A program made the position numbers and the translations under genes. This document shows, piece after piece, positions 25,851 to 38,769 of a stretch of 64,000 nt of DNA. Source of the DNA: Camelus ferus (Eukaryota); assembly GCF_009834535.1 (NCBI RefSeq), contig NC_045696.1, forward strand, positions 44,084,001 through 44,148,000. Reading direction: 5' to 3'. How positions within the stretch are numbered: the first letter of the stretch is position 1; each line of letters begins with the position of its first letter. Below the pieces are notes generated by a model. The model ran no database searches. It saw only the letters and a program-made list of their open reading frames with translations, and was not told the origin of the DNA.

Positions 25851-26344
25851 GAGAAATGGAGGATGCTATACATGTAGAAGGTGCTGTTTTTGGATAAGCA
25901 GAGAAGGAAAGGACTATATGGGGAACTGTCATTTGAGCAGTGGCCTGAATAAAGTAAGGAGGTGACTCAGGTAAAGATCTTGGGGGGATCTAAACCAAGA
26001 AAACAGAGAATTCTAAGGTCTTGGGGTGAGACCATGTTTTATATATTTGTGACACAGTAATAATGCCAAAGTGGCTAGACCATAGCTATTGGTAAAGAGA
26101 AGATTGAGAAGGTAATAGGAAATTGGACAATTGGACACAGAACATTATAGGTCATGATGATGGCTGTAAGATTCATTCTAACTCACAGAAAGTTTCTGAA
26201 AGATTTTTAAATAGAGTGATATGATCTGACTAATATATTTTAAAGATCGCTCTGGTTAATAATTTATGAAGGCAGACCATCAGGGAATTAGAATAAAAAC
26301 ATCAAGACCAATTAAAAGATTCTTGTTTATATTAGGACAGGGGC

Positions 26345-27265
26345 TATTGAACTTTTAAAAATTTGTCTTAAAAATTATTTAAAGTCTCAGAGTGTTTGTG
26401 TATGTGGGTTTTATCTTTCTACCATATTAAAAATCCAGACTGAAAAAATTTTTTAACCTTTGTTGAAAAATAAAACCTTTATTAAGATTTAATTCATTTA
26501 CCACAAAAACATACCCATTTAAAGTATACAGTTAAGTGGTTTTTGAATATTCAGAGTTGTGCGATCATTACACCCAATTTAAAAATATTTTCATCATTCT
26601 CAAAATAAACTTGTATCCATTATCAGTCACTCCTCATCCCTCCCACCCAACTGTAGGCAACCATTAACCTACTTTTTATCTTTATAAATCTGATTATTCT
26701 GTGTATCTGGATATTTATATAAATTGAATCATATAATGTGTGATCTGTGATTGACTTCTTCCACTTAAAATGTTTCAAGGTTCATCCATATTATAGCATG
26801 TATCAATAGTTTATTCTTTTTTATTGCTAAATAATAACCCATTGTATGGATTATTGTATATACATACAACGGATTAGTGCATCCATTCAACAGTTGATGG
26901 ACATTTGGGTTGTTTCCACTTTTGACTGTGATGGGTATTGCTACTATGAACATTTTTGTGTGTACATGTTTTTGTATTTACATATGTTTTCATTACTCTT
27001 GGATATGAAACTAGGAGTACAATTTCTGTGTCTTATGATAACTCTGTTTTTGACCTTTGAGGAAATGTCTGACTCTTTCCTATTTATCATTCAAAACTGA
27101 GAGATTTTTAAAACATGATAATACACAAGCACATAGTCCATTAACTGTAAAAGCAATATCATTATATTTTCCACATAGCCTCTGGAAAACTCCACTATAA
27201 AACTGTGAAAGAAAAAGTATGATTAAGAAAAATAGCATCTTAGTACAATTGTGAAAACAATGTGA
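26345..27265. mobile_element. Charlie1-like hAT remnant split by L1 (pieces at ~26345-26460 and 27080-27265)
   Basis: tcttaaaaattatt...tatgtgggttttatc...accatattaaaaat and gcctctggaaaactccact...catcttagtacaattgtgaaaa. Confidence 0.65.
26470..27078 (-). mobile_element. L1MB LINE-1 3' end
   Basis: acccatttaaagtatacagttaagtggttttt...atccattcaacagttgatggacatttgggttgtttccactttt. Confidence 0.9.
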
Positions 27266-28499
27266 AAAGGATATAGTGATTTCATTATATATGGAATACT
27301 GGGATTGAAATATGATTGGAGTCAGTTTAGAGGCAGAAATATTACATTTGTGTTACATATTTATAATTAAGAGAAATGGTGTAAAGAGCCTAAGATTTCT
27401 GAGATGTTAAGAAGGCAGATGGATTGTAGGATAGGGAGGGACCTTGATATGTAAATTTGGAATCCCTTAGAAAATACATGGTATTTAAGTCATGAGAGTG
27501 ACTATAGATTGAGAAGGCGAAGTCCAAGGACAGCTTTGGAATGTTGCAAGATTTGGGGAAATGATGAGGCTCTATATTCAGAGACTTGAGGAAAATTAGG
27601 TGAAGGTGGAGTCTTAGAAGTTAGCTGAACAAAGAGCTTCGAAGAGTTACTGACTCTATTAAATGTAATTGAAAAGTTGAGAAAGATAATTGATGATGAG
27701 CTTTTTTTGCCACATAGAGATCATGAGTGAACTTGGGTGGCTTCAACAAAGTGGTGGTGAAATCTTAACTGATGTGGCTTAAAGCAAATTGGGGCTAAGT
27801 AGTGATTTAGACACGCCTTCCATAAGGTTTGCTCCAAAGGGAAGCAGAGAAATGGAGTAAAAGGTAGAAGGGAAGTGGTTAAGAGAGTTTTTTTTTATTT
27901 GTTTGTATAATTAAAGAGATTACTTCATGGTTTTATAATGAAGAAAATGATAGAATATAGAAGCAATACGTGAATGAATTAAAGCAAGGGATAATAACTG
28001 GAGCAAGTCCTTGGACAACAGAAGGAGATGGGATCCAGGGCACAAATACAGAGGTTAATGTTAGATTGGAGCAGGGACAGACAAGTCCCTGTCATCAATA
28101 ATAAACATCGGGAATAGCGTGTAGGCGTAAATGCATGGGAGTCTGTAGATCTGATGGTGGAAGTAAGTGGAATTTTACTTTTGATTGCTTCCATTTTCTC
28201 ATTAATACAAGAAAAAAGATCTTCAGTTATGAGTCAGAGGGAAAAGGCTATGTTAAAAGTCTGAGGCACGGGGTTATGTGAAATGCTCAGGGAATGAGAG
28301 AATGAATGTACTCAGGAGGAAATGCAGCAGGTTTGCAATGAACCAAAGTAAATGATTAAGCTCCATGCTTGGTACACTACAAGAACTCAATATTTGTGAG
28401 CAGTTTATTATTACCTAAGTCCACATTTTTTGCAGCCACTTCTGGTATATACCTCCCATTTGTATTAAATCTCTAAACAACCACGTGCTTTTGTGGCTT

Positions 28500-29225
28500 G
28501 GCTTAGACATGTCTTCAAAGTTGAATGGCCTTTTCTCCTTTTCATTCACCTGCTGAACCCTCACACTTTCTTCAAGTTGCAACTCAAAATCCCTCCAGAG
28601 TGAAATTCTCTGTTCCCTCTTAGCAACAATTAATTTTTATTTTCTTTACATTCTTCATTGCAGGCAAAGTAAAATTCCCTAACATAAATCGTTCCATAGC
28701 AATAGTTTGCTTAAAATCCAAAAGCTCTCCATAGATTGTAAAACTGATTCTAAGTTTCTGTCACTAACTACAAAGGTCCCACGTGTTCCCTTTCTCTTCG
28801 ATCTTTCTCCGCCTTCTTCACTGGTTACTTTTCTGTCCTCCGGACAGGCAGAACTCCTTCCTGCCTTAGGAATTGTGTACTTGATATTCCCTGTACCTGG
28901 AACATCCTCTTCCCAGGTCTTTGTGTCTATGACACCTTCTTATTATTCAGGCTTTGTTTCAAATGTCTCTTTTTAACTTTTTCTTAAGAATCATTCTCCA
29001 TGACTATTATAACAGAAGTTGCTATGTAAGTTACTTGCTATGAAGTTATTCCTATTTTCCTATAATTATTTGTTTATGGTCTATCTACCCTACTAGTGTT
29101 TACTCTTCATAAGGGTAGACACCATATATACTTTGTCCACAGCCATACACAAAGGGCACAGAACAGTGCCTGGGTCAGAAGAGGTTCTCAGTAAATACTT
29201 GTTTAAAAAATAACAATTTGATGAA
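28500..29225 (+). mobile_element. L2 LINE 3' fragments
   Basis: cctggaacatcctcttcccagg...caaatgtc...gaacagtgcctgggtcagaagaggttctcagtaaatacttgtt. Confidence 0.75.
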
Positions 29226-30059
29226 CAAGTGTTTAATTTACTTTATATACCAACATATGATGAGCAAGTTTTTGCTAGTGGTAATGGGTTCTACTAAGCA
29301 TAGTAAATCTTTACTCCTCTACAAGAGGTGAACATTAGCACAGCCTCCAGCAGGCCAGCAGGGACCTCTAGACTAAAGTTCTTTTGCAGATAACAGTGAA
29401 ATTTGGACTGCAAGAGAGAAATTCCACAGTAAGGTTTTCTAAAGACAACTTAGTTTTCAATTTTACCTCAATGTGATGCTAGTACGGTAGTCATTCTAGG
29501 AAAGAGCCTCAAATGTCTCAGCAATTCAAACTTTTTGACATAAAGAAACCCTATGGTTGGGGGACAACCTCCAGGGATTTGAGCTCCCAAACAGATTCTC
29601 CATTGTCTGAATCAGGAAACTTATAAAGCATCTACTGGCTTTTTCCATCCATCGCCTTCCAGGATCAGTGCCCACAGTTTTCTCTTAGGAATTCCCAGGA
29701 CAAGATTTAGAAACTGCTTCTGGTATGACTATCTCTCCTGCATACTGTCAACACAATAATCTTAATGGGTATAAACACAGTCACACCTGGAAGCCAACAG
29801 TCTGTCTCAAATCCCTTTCTGGCTCCAGGCCCAAAGAGCTCACAGTGCTGACCTCAAACTCAGCATGTCACCTGATTTCACCTTTTCTTCTTTGATTGCC
29901 TAAGAAAAAGTCTATTTATCTCTAAACATATTTCATTTTCCTAGCCTCATCATTTGGAACACCTGGTTGACTATTACAAAATCCACAGTGTGAGTTACAA
30001 GGGGTTATTTGGCTGCAAGATGTCAGTTTTTTTTTTTTTTTTTCTCTCCTTCCCCTTCC

Positions 30060-30310
30060 TTCCTTTCTCACATATTTATCCAGCACCTACTACGTACCAG
30101 GAATAGCAGAAAACATTTAGGGTAGAGAGGTGATTATGTGAAGGTCTCGCTTCTCAGAGAAGAGAAATATAAACAGACAATACTAAACAGTATTATATTT
30201 TCTCTTACAGCAACACGAATAGGAGCTTAGGACTAACTGCCTGAAAAAAGGCTTCAGAGAGAAGGCTGCATTTGAGTCGGCGTGAGCATGATATGCCTTT
30301 GTCTTTCTTT
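30060..30310 (-). mobile_element. L2 3' end fragment
   Basis: catatttatccagcacctactacgtaccagg...aggcttcagagagaaggctgcatttgag. Confidence 0.65.
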
Positions 30311-31029
30311 TCTAATTGATCAGCAGGGTCACGGAGCTGCTCTGAAGGATCCTCAAACTTCAGCTGCATCTCAGATAAACAAATTTCTTTGTAAAACTGA
30401 GTACCTGACACCTCTTTGTAGGGAAATTAATAGGAATTTGTTTACCAGAAATATGACCAGTCTTTATACAAATGATCAGAATTCTGAGGTGACGCCTTAT
30501 GTGGCTTGAGCATAGTCCCTTCCTGTTATGCATGACTTTGAAATAATTAGGACCCAGATTGTGAGATTCCTTATATGCCATGGTGAGCAATTTGGAATTT
30601 CTCCTTCAAAAATATAAAACCAACAAAGATTAATTAGGTTTTTTTAGCTGTTCCTTTGGTAATGAATGGCAAATGTCTAAACTTGTTTTGTCACTAATTG
30701 GTAATATAAGTAGATGTTTGGCACATAGTAGGAACTCAATATACAAATATTTGTTGAATTAATAAACAATCACATAAAATTTATGTACCACTTCTTATTA
30801 GCGAAACATTTGTTTTGGGCTTTGTCTTTTATTTCATATAAATTTGCTTTGTTCATTTCTCTAAGTCAAAATTTCTAAAATTCATTTCTTTTAATATCCC
30901 TCAACATGATAAGTAATGTGAACCTCATTTCTCAAACTTAATAAACATTATTCAATACTACTATTACTAATAAATATCTTAAATGTATATTGTACAATAT
31001 ACAATATATAAAATATTCAAAATATTTTT

Positions 31030-31200
31030 TAGCCTTGATATCATTTCATCCTTGCAATTATCTTACGGAATTACTATTCCTATTTGACCAGGGAGGAATC
31101 TGAGGTTAATTGGTTAAGACATAAAGCAAGTCATACAGCTAGTCAGTGATGAAGACAGGCTAGAATCAGTCTCAACTCATAAAATCTGTTGATTAACTTG
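31030..31200 (-). mobile_element. MIR SINE
   Basis: tcatttcatccttgcaat...ggaggaatctgaggttaattggttaag...gtcatacagctagtcagtg. Confidence 0.7.
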
Positions 31201-31289
31201 ACTTTATACTTTATCCAGAATTATTACCTTTTTATGAGACTGAATGTGTTGGAAAAAAATGTTTATTTTGAAGCAAAGATCCCTTGGCC

Positions 31290-31472
31290 TTCAGAGAGGA
31301 TCTCAAAGTGGTAGAGGCACAACAGAGGATAGAGAGATTTGGGACAGAGTCATTGAAATAACTTGGAACTATTCTAGCCCCACCCAAAGGAAAATCTCTG
31401 GATGGGCCCCAGTGTCTATGTTTGTACATCTTCTGGGTGATTCTGATGATCAGACATGTCAGAATCCCTGGG
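31290..31472. mobile_element. MER5B-like hAT element
   Basis: tctcaaagtgg...gccccaccc...aatctctggatgggccc...ggtgattctgatg. Confidence 0.55.
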
Positions 31473-32411
31473 CTTGTGGATGTCTGTAATTATTTACTTC
31501 ACCAAAATTCTTCCAGTTTCTATTCTCTTCAGGAGTGGTGATTTTTCTTAATTGATCTCACAACCCTTCCATAAATTCTCTGTTGGCTCTCATTCAGTCC
31601 CACAGTCTGTGAAATAAGTGGAGAGTCATATGACCTTTTCTGGGCCAAAAGCAGATATTGTCAAGTTCCACAGACATTCACTCTAGCAGTCAGGCCCTAA
31701 AAAGTAGAAAGGGGAAATATTCATGGTGATTAATCTAAAATATTTGAATGTGAGTCAGTTACCCCTACAATCTGACGTGGTATCATATGAACAAAGGGGT
31801 ATTCCACTAGCGTAAGAAGGTAGGACTGAAACACTTGCTTTAGTTGCAGGGACAATAGGGGCAAACAGATTATTTTTGCCAGCCATACCTGAGTCAACTC
31901 CCTCCTTCTGACTTGGCCCATACTAGACTGTTATGCCGCCAAGCACCCTCTCATCCCATAGGACAGATGGAATTTACAGCACGGAGAGGCTGCAGCTGGA
32001 TCAGCAGATTGATCAAATATTTCACAGGTGGTCAGCATATCTGGCAAAGGTTGGAAGTTACCTCAAAGCCAAACACAAAAGCTGGCTCTGAGTCAGGTGC
32101 ATTTTCTGTGACTCCAACACCTGGATATTTATTCCTGACTGCAAGGGAACAACAACTGAGCCAACTTACATTCTAAGTCAAGTATCTGTGATAGTAAGGA
32201 AATAAATGGAAATTTTTCAGCTTGATTCCTAAACTAAAACTACTTTCCTTCCCACAGAGAGCCATTGATAAAAGAATATCGTTGAAAATAAAACACTGAT
32301 TATGTGCATTAGTTAAATCTATCAGAAATAACTTTTTTTTTTCCCCTGAGAAATCCATTCCATCAAGTGTGAGCAGACATATGAAAGAATCAGATGGGAG
32401 TTGGGTTTAGA

Positions 32412-32670
32412 GCAGGAATTCTCAAAGTGATGTCTCTGGACAGCATCACTCTGAAACTGATTAGAAATGCAAATTAAGTTACAGCCCCACCCAGTGTTTC
32501 TCCAACAGTCACATCCTTCACAATAACCTAGATGGTTTGATAAAAGACGATTGCAGGCCCTATCCCCTGACTTTCTGATTTAGTAGGTCTAGGATGAGAC
32601 CCTAGAATTTGCACTTCGAACAAGTTCCCAGGTGATGTTGAGGTTGCAGAGAACACTTTGAGAACCAGTG
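32412..32670. mobile_element. MER5A copies (apparently two, nested or adjacent)
   Basis: ttctcaaagtg...cagcatcac...ttagaaatgcaaatt...gaatttgcacttcgaacaagttcccaggtgatg...cactttgagaaccagtg. Confidence 0.85.
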
Positions 32671-32678
32671 TTTCAGAA

Positions 32679-33322
32679 CAGTGGATTTCAACCTTGGCTA
32701 AACATGAGATTTATTAGCAGAGCTTTTTATAATTCCTCATGCCTAGGTTGCATCCCAGAGCAATTGCGACAAATTGACTGGATCATGGAGTGCCCAGTTT
32801 AAACTTTACTTATGGATATGTCTTTGAGGGTGTTTCTGGAGGAAATGAGCATTTAAATAGTTGGACTCAGTAAAATAGTTTGCCCTCCCCAATATGGATG
32901 GGCAACATCCAACCCACGGAGGGCTTGAAAAGATTAAAGAGCAGAGGAAGGGAGAATTTTTTCTTTTCCTGCCTGGAGGAGACTGAGCTGGGACAACAGT
33001 CTTTTATTGCCCCTGGATTGATATTTATATCCTTGGCTTCCCTGGTTTTCAGGCCTTCACACTCAGATTGGAATTACACTACTGGGTTTCCAGTCTGCAG
33101 ATAGCAGATCATGTCTCAGTTTCTGTAATCATGTGAGCCAGTTCCTCATAATGAATCCACACACAAACACACACATATTCTATTGCTTCTGTTTCTCTGG
33201 AGAACCCTGACAATACACCAATCAAATAAACTTTTCACAATGGCAAGTGTTAGACCCAAGAGTCAGTAATTTTTAAATCTTCCCAGATGATTCCAAAGTG
33301 TAGTCATATTTGAGAACACTGA
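32679..33322. mobile_element. MER5-family element split by an MLT2 LTR (pieces at ~32679-32765 and 33218-33322)
   Basis: cagtggatttcaaccttggct...gcctaggttgcatcccagagcaatt, resuming at ttttaaatcttcccagatgattccaaagtgtag...tttgagaacactg. Confidence 0.7.
32766..33217 (+). mobile_element. MLT2 (ERVL) solo LTR
   Basis: ttgactggatcatggagtgcccag...gagggtgtttctggaggaaatgagcattt...ctattgcttctgtttctctggagaaccctgacaataca. Confidence 0.9.
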
Positions 33323-33664
33323 AGTATAGAAAAAACACAATCATGAAGAGGGCAAAGAATATCAGATCTGGTAAAGAGAAAGAAAATCCAGTTTTGACTG
33401 AGCCAGACAATATTTGACATATATTTTTTCTGTAAATGTAATTTTTGTCTTTTAGTTATATGTAGCTTCAAATTTTATAGCTATTAAATAAAACTCGCAT
33501 TCCCCCCAGGAAGATATATCCATATGTTCACGCACACACACACACACACAAACTCAACCTAAAGAAAGGAAGCATCAGTAAGTAAATACCCACGTTACAA
33601 AATGGTTTGATGCTAAAGCTGATTAAGTTTTAATCAAAGGAGATAGAGATCATTAAATGTATGC

Positions 33665-33775
33665 CAGTAGCATGTGCATTCTATTTTTGTTCACTGTTGT
33701 GAAGACCTCAGAACAGGATATGGTGCACAGCAATCTTTCAATAAATATTTTTTAAATCAATGAATGAATAAATCT
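33665..33775 (+). mobile_element. L2 3' terminus
   Basis: tttttgttcactgttgt...gcacagcaatctttcaataaatattttttaaatcaatgaatgaataaa. Confidence 0.7.
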
Positions 33776-35248
33776 ATCTGAGATGCACTAAATCTTTAGT
33801 AGATGCTTCCAGACCTTTTGTATGATGATTTAATGTTTTAAAGTGAGCCTTTGCTGGCTGTGTGCTCTCCTACCTTCAACTTAGGACATCAACAATGCCA
33901 GGAATGGTTCTTTTGTTATTTTATTGCCTTTTGGAAATATCTTTGCTTATATGGAACAAAAATGCCAAAAAGTTTCATGTTTCTCTTTCCTCGTTTTTTC
34001 ATCCTGGGAACTCAATTTTTGGTTTGTTTTTTAGGCCACTATCTGTGAAAACAAATCAAACATTTATCATCTGCCATCTAACTCAAAGACATGAAACCTA
34101 AATTGCTAAAAGGGGCTCTTTTTGTTACATTTTCCCTTTTGCAACAAAAACCACCCCACTCTAAGCCTTAAACACAATGCTAACCTAACATGGCTATTTG
34201 AAAACTAAACGGATCGACTACAATACAGGAACATACTGTTACCATCAGGTTCTCCCTTGAGTTAGGAATGCACAATTAGAAAAATAATTCTCTAAAAGCA
34301 GCTAGTCTTTCTCCCCACAATTTCCAGAAACTGCTTTTATTATGGCACTTGCTGCCTGTTTGGTAATTTCAGTGGAGCCTCACGTTGCCACTAATATAAA
34401 AGATTTGTCAGATTTTCCATTGTGAACTTCATTGTGTTGAGTGTTTAAACATTTCCAACTGTGTCAGCCTAAAATTCTTCCTTGCAAGTTTCCACCTGGA
34501 ATGTATTTTTCAAAATATCAAAAATAGTCAACAACACAGTTTAGCATATTTCCCTTTGAAGTTCAAGAAACAACTAAAGAATATAAACCTGGGCAATTGT
34601 CTTATGTCCATTAAGGCATACAAACTCATGCATGCATGCGCCACACAAACACTTTTCACCTAAATCCAAGAGAAAGGAAAAGTGAAAGATTTTTCCTGGT
34701 AAAGAGGAAAACATTGCTTAAATTTTTCAGGGAGCTCAGTCTTCTCTCAGATCATGCTCAGTGACAATAATATTTTTACTGAGAACACAAATCATGAAAA
34801 ACATGATGAACTCTACTACTGTAAATGTCTATTAATGATTTGCTCTCTATATAATTTATCTTTTAATTGTTTGGTGTTCCATCAGAGACCCTCATGTCAA
34901 GGAGTCTGACAGAGCTCTGTTCCTTTAAAATGAACACAGCCCTTCCTTAGAATGTTACCTAATCCCAGTTTCCCCAAATCCTAAACTTCATTTAGCCCCT
35001 CTTCAGTTAATGTTGAGGTTCCTACCCATATACAAACTTCAACTAAAATATAATCAATTGAAGTACTCTGTTGTTGTGATACACTGAAATATATTATAAA
35101 AGGCAGAGGAGAAAGGAGACATTATTTTCCCTTGGACCACTGACAGATCCCTTTCTATCCCTTGAGTATATGAATAATAGCAACTTAATTTTATTTTCAT
35201 GTGCCATAGCTTAAATTCAGCACTGAATTAATTACTCTTTTGACATGG

Positions 35249-35784
35249 TATATTAAACCTGTCATTTTATACCATTGTTTTGTCACTTAGGGTCCTTATT
35301 GCCTCTGGGGGACACTGCAAGTCCCAGGGCAAGCTAATTCCTAGACATAGGAAAAGACTTGCCTGCATGTGTGCCTTTCATGTACAAACCAACCAATCAG
35401 ATCCCATGCCCCAGTTACTTCTTTATTAAATACAGGGCTCCCACACTCAGGGCCACTATCCCCCTGCCCTACTCACCTTAGGACCAAGCATCAGATAACT
35501 AGGGACAGTCTTTAGTGTCTCAGAGCCTGCCAGAATTATTCAAGGTAGCCAATTCTTTACCTCCTTAACTTGCCTTGCCTTACCTTCTTGAGAAAACCAC
35601 AATACAGGCTCTTGCTCATGATTTTCATCCACTCCTTCAGCCTCCTGACTGACCCTGTTGCTTCCCCATGTGGCTCCCTCATTTTGGGAACTGTGAGGAA
35701 CAGACCATCTTTTCAATAGCCATTGTCTCCTGATCTGTTGTCCTCACCATACCTGAATAGTTATATAACCTACATTTTAAAACA
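35249..35784 (+). mobile_element. MER74-family ERVL solo LTR with 5-bp TSD catgg
   Basis: ccactatccccctgcccta...ctagggacag...gaaaaccacaatacaggctcttgc...ccatacctga...tacattttaaaaca; catgg on both sides (35244-35248 and 35785-35789). Confidence 0.85.
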
Positions 35785-36884
35785 CATGGTATGAAAAAAG
35801 AAGTATGGTTTAGGGTCAGAAACATAACTAATTTTTCAGTCAAGTAATCCTGGACATCCTTTATTCAGCAGCCTTTTTATGCCAAGATGTTCCCACTGGG
35901 GATAAAATGGTAAATATAATCCGAGTGTTTGAAACATTTTCACTCAATTGAGATACACAGATGAATAATGAGACAATTATAGTGTAGTGCTTACCATAAG
36001 ATTCAGTGTTAAAGGAAGTATTTCTTACAAAAGTTATATTTGAGCCCCAAAGATAAAGTACAGGAATCGAATACCACCAATATTCCCTGAATATCACCTC
36101 TTTAGAGATAGTCCCTGAACATCAGTTAACCCCTGAACATCAGCCTCCTCATTTGTAAGACTGGAATAAAAATACCTTCTGTAGGACTACTGGAAGAATT
36201 GCTGAGATATTGTATTTAAAGTCCATGGAATGTGATAGCCATCTATGGTTGCACCCACCAAGCCTAGGTTCGTCTCTTACTGACTTTTTTCTTATCCTTC
36301 ACTTCTCTATAAGTCTTGCCTTTTACACCAATCTAGCCAATACAGAACCAACTTCCCCCTGCACTTTTCACTGAGAATTTAATAAAGCTAATGCTATAGC
36401 TACAGACTGGATACCCTTGGGTTGAAGAACATGTGTTAAGTATTCTTTTAGCAGTCTGCCAAATCAATTCAACTACATGTTTTGGAACACTAGATTTCTA
36501 TTTACCTAAAGTGAAGCAGATCAGCAAATCATCTCTAATCAACTTGATATGTGTGTAGCAAATACACTTAGAAACTTAACTAGATGACCAAAAGTGACAG
36601 CCAGCATTTATGATCAAACACAACCATTAGGGAAATTGGTGAGTAACATGTTTAGCTCACACAGCATACTCTCTGTATTCACTCTGTACACCCAGACAAA
36701 CATATTTTACTAGACTTTAGGAGTCCCATTCTGCTGGAAAAAGGGGCATTTTTACAGGTTGGATAAACAATCCTCAAGGCAAGACTTCTTGAAAAAAAAA
36801 CTACCAAGATAGTAACCCACAAGTCTTTTAAATACACCTTGCTTATATGAAAAAAATTATTAATAACAGTACCTTACAAACTTG

Positions 36885-38260
36885 ATTAATTAGAAAATTG
36901 CATTGAATGTAAGGAGCCAAGGACTGTGCTAGATGCCAGAGACTCAATGGTAAAAGAGGTCATAACTGTCCTTAGTGCCAGAGAACTAACAATTAGTGGG
37001 AAAGATAACAAATAATCATGGAAATGTGAAATTGCCATCATTATAAGGATAGTTAATAGGTTATAAGAGCTAATCAAAGAGGTCTGGAAAGATTTCCTTA
37101 GGATAGAACAATGGAACAGAAATATTAAGAATGATTAGAAGTTACCTGGGAAAAGAAGAATCTATGATCTGACATTTGCAAAAGGTGTGGCAGAAAGGCC
37201 ATGGTGTGTGTAAGGAACCTAAAGAAAGACAGTACAGCATGAGTAGACTGAGTGAAAGAGACTGTCTCACAGCACATTGTGAGATGAGGCTCGAGGGGTA
37301 GGGCCAGACCACCACAGCCTGGTAAGCCTGGCTGAATAATGTGTTCTCTCTCTTACAAACAATGGAAAAACATTGACCAGACTTAAGCAAGCATGGGATT
37401 TAATCAGATTTACATTTTTAAAAGATCACTCTGGCTTCTGCATGTAGATTTGATTTTTAAAAAGAGAGCAAAAATAGATGAAGCTATTCTGGTTGGGAGG
37501 CTGTTATGAAGGCCCAGAATTTATAAGCCTGGACTAAGGTAGTGGTGGGAAGGTTAGAGAGAATGAACACAGTTGAGAGATCTTTAGGAAGTTAAATGGG
37601 TCAAGTTTCTTTCAGTTTGGATAAAGATGGTAAGAAAGAGAGAAGCTCATGGATGACTACAGAATTTCAGGCGTGGAGCTGCACGGGTTCACTGAAGTGG
37701 AAATTGTATTACCTGAAATTGGCAATGTTATAGATGACTCTGTTTGAAGGGTGAGACAGACTATGATTTCATTTTGAACATGTTGACTTGGGGGAGATTT
37801 TGACTCATTCCGGGGAAGATATCTGCGGGACATTTAGATCTGATGCTCAGAGAAGGCTTCCGGGCTGGAGATGCAAATTTGTGAGTCATCTGTGCATAGG
37901 GAAGTAACTGAAAAGAAAATGTCAATATAAATATTTATGGGAGTACAGAGTAAGAAGTAAAGTAGGACTAGGACCAGACCTTGAAGAACTCCAAGATTAG
38001 ATGGCTAGGTGGAGAAGGATAAAGAGAAAAACAATGCTCAAAGAGGAAGAAAAATCATTAGGGCAATGCTGCTTAGAAAACGAAGGATGAGATGCCATTT
38101 CTTCTTAGGAGAGAGTGCTCCAGGTGTTGGATGCTGCTGAGTTCATGACAAGCCCACTGGTAGGTCCTGTGACACTGATGAATCCTCACTGAGGCACGTT
38201 TCACATGCTGACTGACTATGAGTACTGGAAGATGTATGAAAACTGTAGCTAGGGAGGGCA
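36885..38260 (-). mobile_element. L2 LINE, ~1.4-kb 3' portion
   Basis: ggactgtgctagatgccagag...atcagatttacatttttaaaagatcactctggct...ttttgaacatgttgac...gggctggagatgcaaatttgtgagtcatc. Confidence 0.85.
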
Positions 38261-38281
38261 GCCAGGTTACAATAAGAAAAC

Positions 38282-38378
38282 TTTTTTTTAAATTGAGTTT
38301 ATTTTTTAGAGAAGTTTTAGGTTCACAGCAAAATTAAGCAGAAGGTACAAAGATCTCTCATATACTCCCTGCCCTCAA
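38282..38378 (-). mobile_element. L1MB/L1MC extreme 3' end
   Basis: ttttttagagaagttttaggttcacagcaaaattaagcagaaggtacaaagatctctcatatactccctgccc. Confidence 0.8.
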
Positions 38379-38769
38379 CATTTTTCTAGTGAAATAATTT
38401 CATTAAATTTTCTTTAAAAATTACCAGAAACAAAAAAGAATCTGAATCTCCAAAGGCCCAGTACATTGTTGACATTTCTTTTCTAAGTAAGTAATCATAT
38501 ATTATCCAATTTCATATTTGTTATTTTGTTTTTTTTTTAGAAATGGTTCCCCTCTTCCAAATTATGTGAGCTTCATGCCAAAACCTGACTTGAGAGAACA
38601 AACCCTACACCAGCCTCTTCAAAGTTCCTAATATTTGGCCATGGACACAAGGCTACACAATTCGTGCTCTTTGATGGTTACAATATAAATAGCAACTTCA
38701 TCGTAATAGCAAATAAATTTCTACAAAGAACCCCATCACTCTTTGCTGCCTTGGTCCTACCCTCCTACC

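Larger units (their letters stand above)
25140..28330 (-). mobile_element. Fragmented L2 LINE (pieces at ~25140-25300, 25860-26340 and 27270-28330)
   Basis: The antisense 3' end reads caataaatatttattgaatgcc. Internal text gagtgatatgatctgactaatatattttaaagatcgctctgg. The minus-strand translation ...CALDPIS matches the L2 ORF2 motif STCALDPIP. Confidence 0.8.

Noticed and set aside
36085..36143. Three copies of ccctgaa(c/t)atca resembling a tiny repeat-spacer array
   Set aside because: Only 12-13 bp with irregular short spacing inside decayed MIR/L2 sequence; a local slippage duplication, not CRISPR
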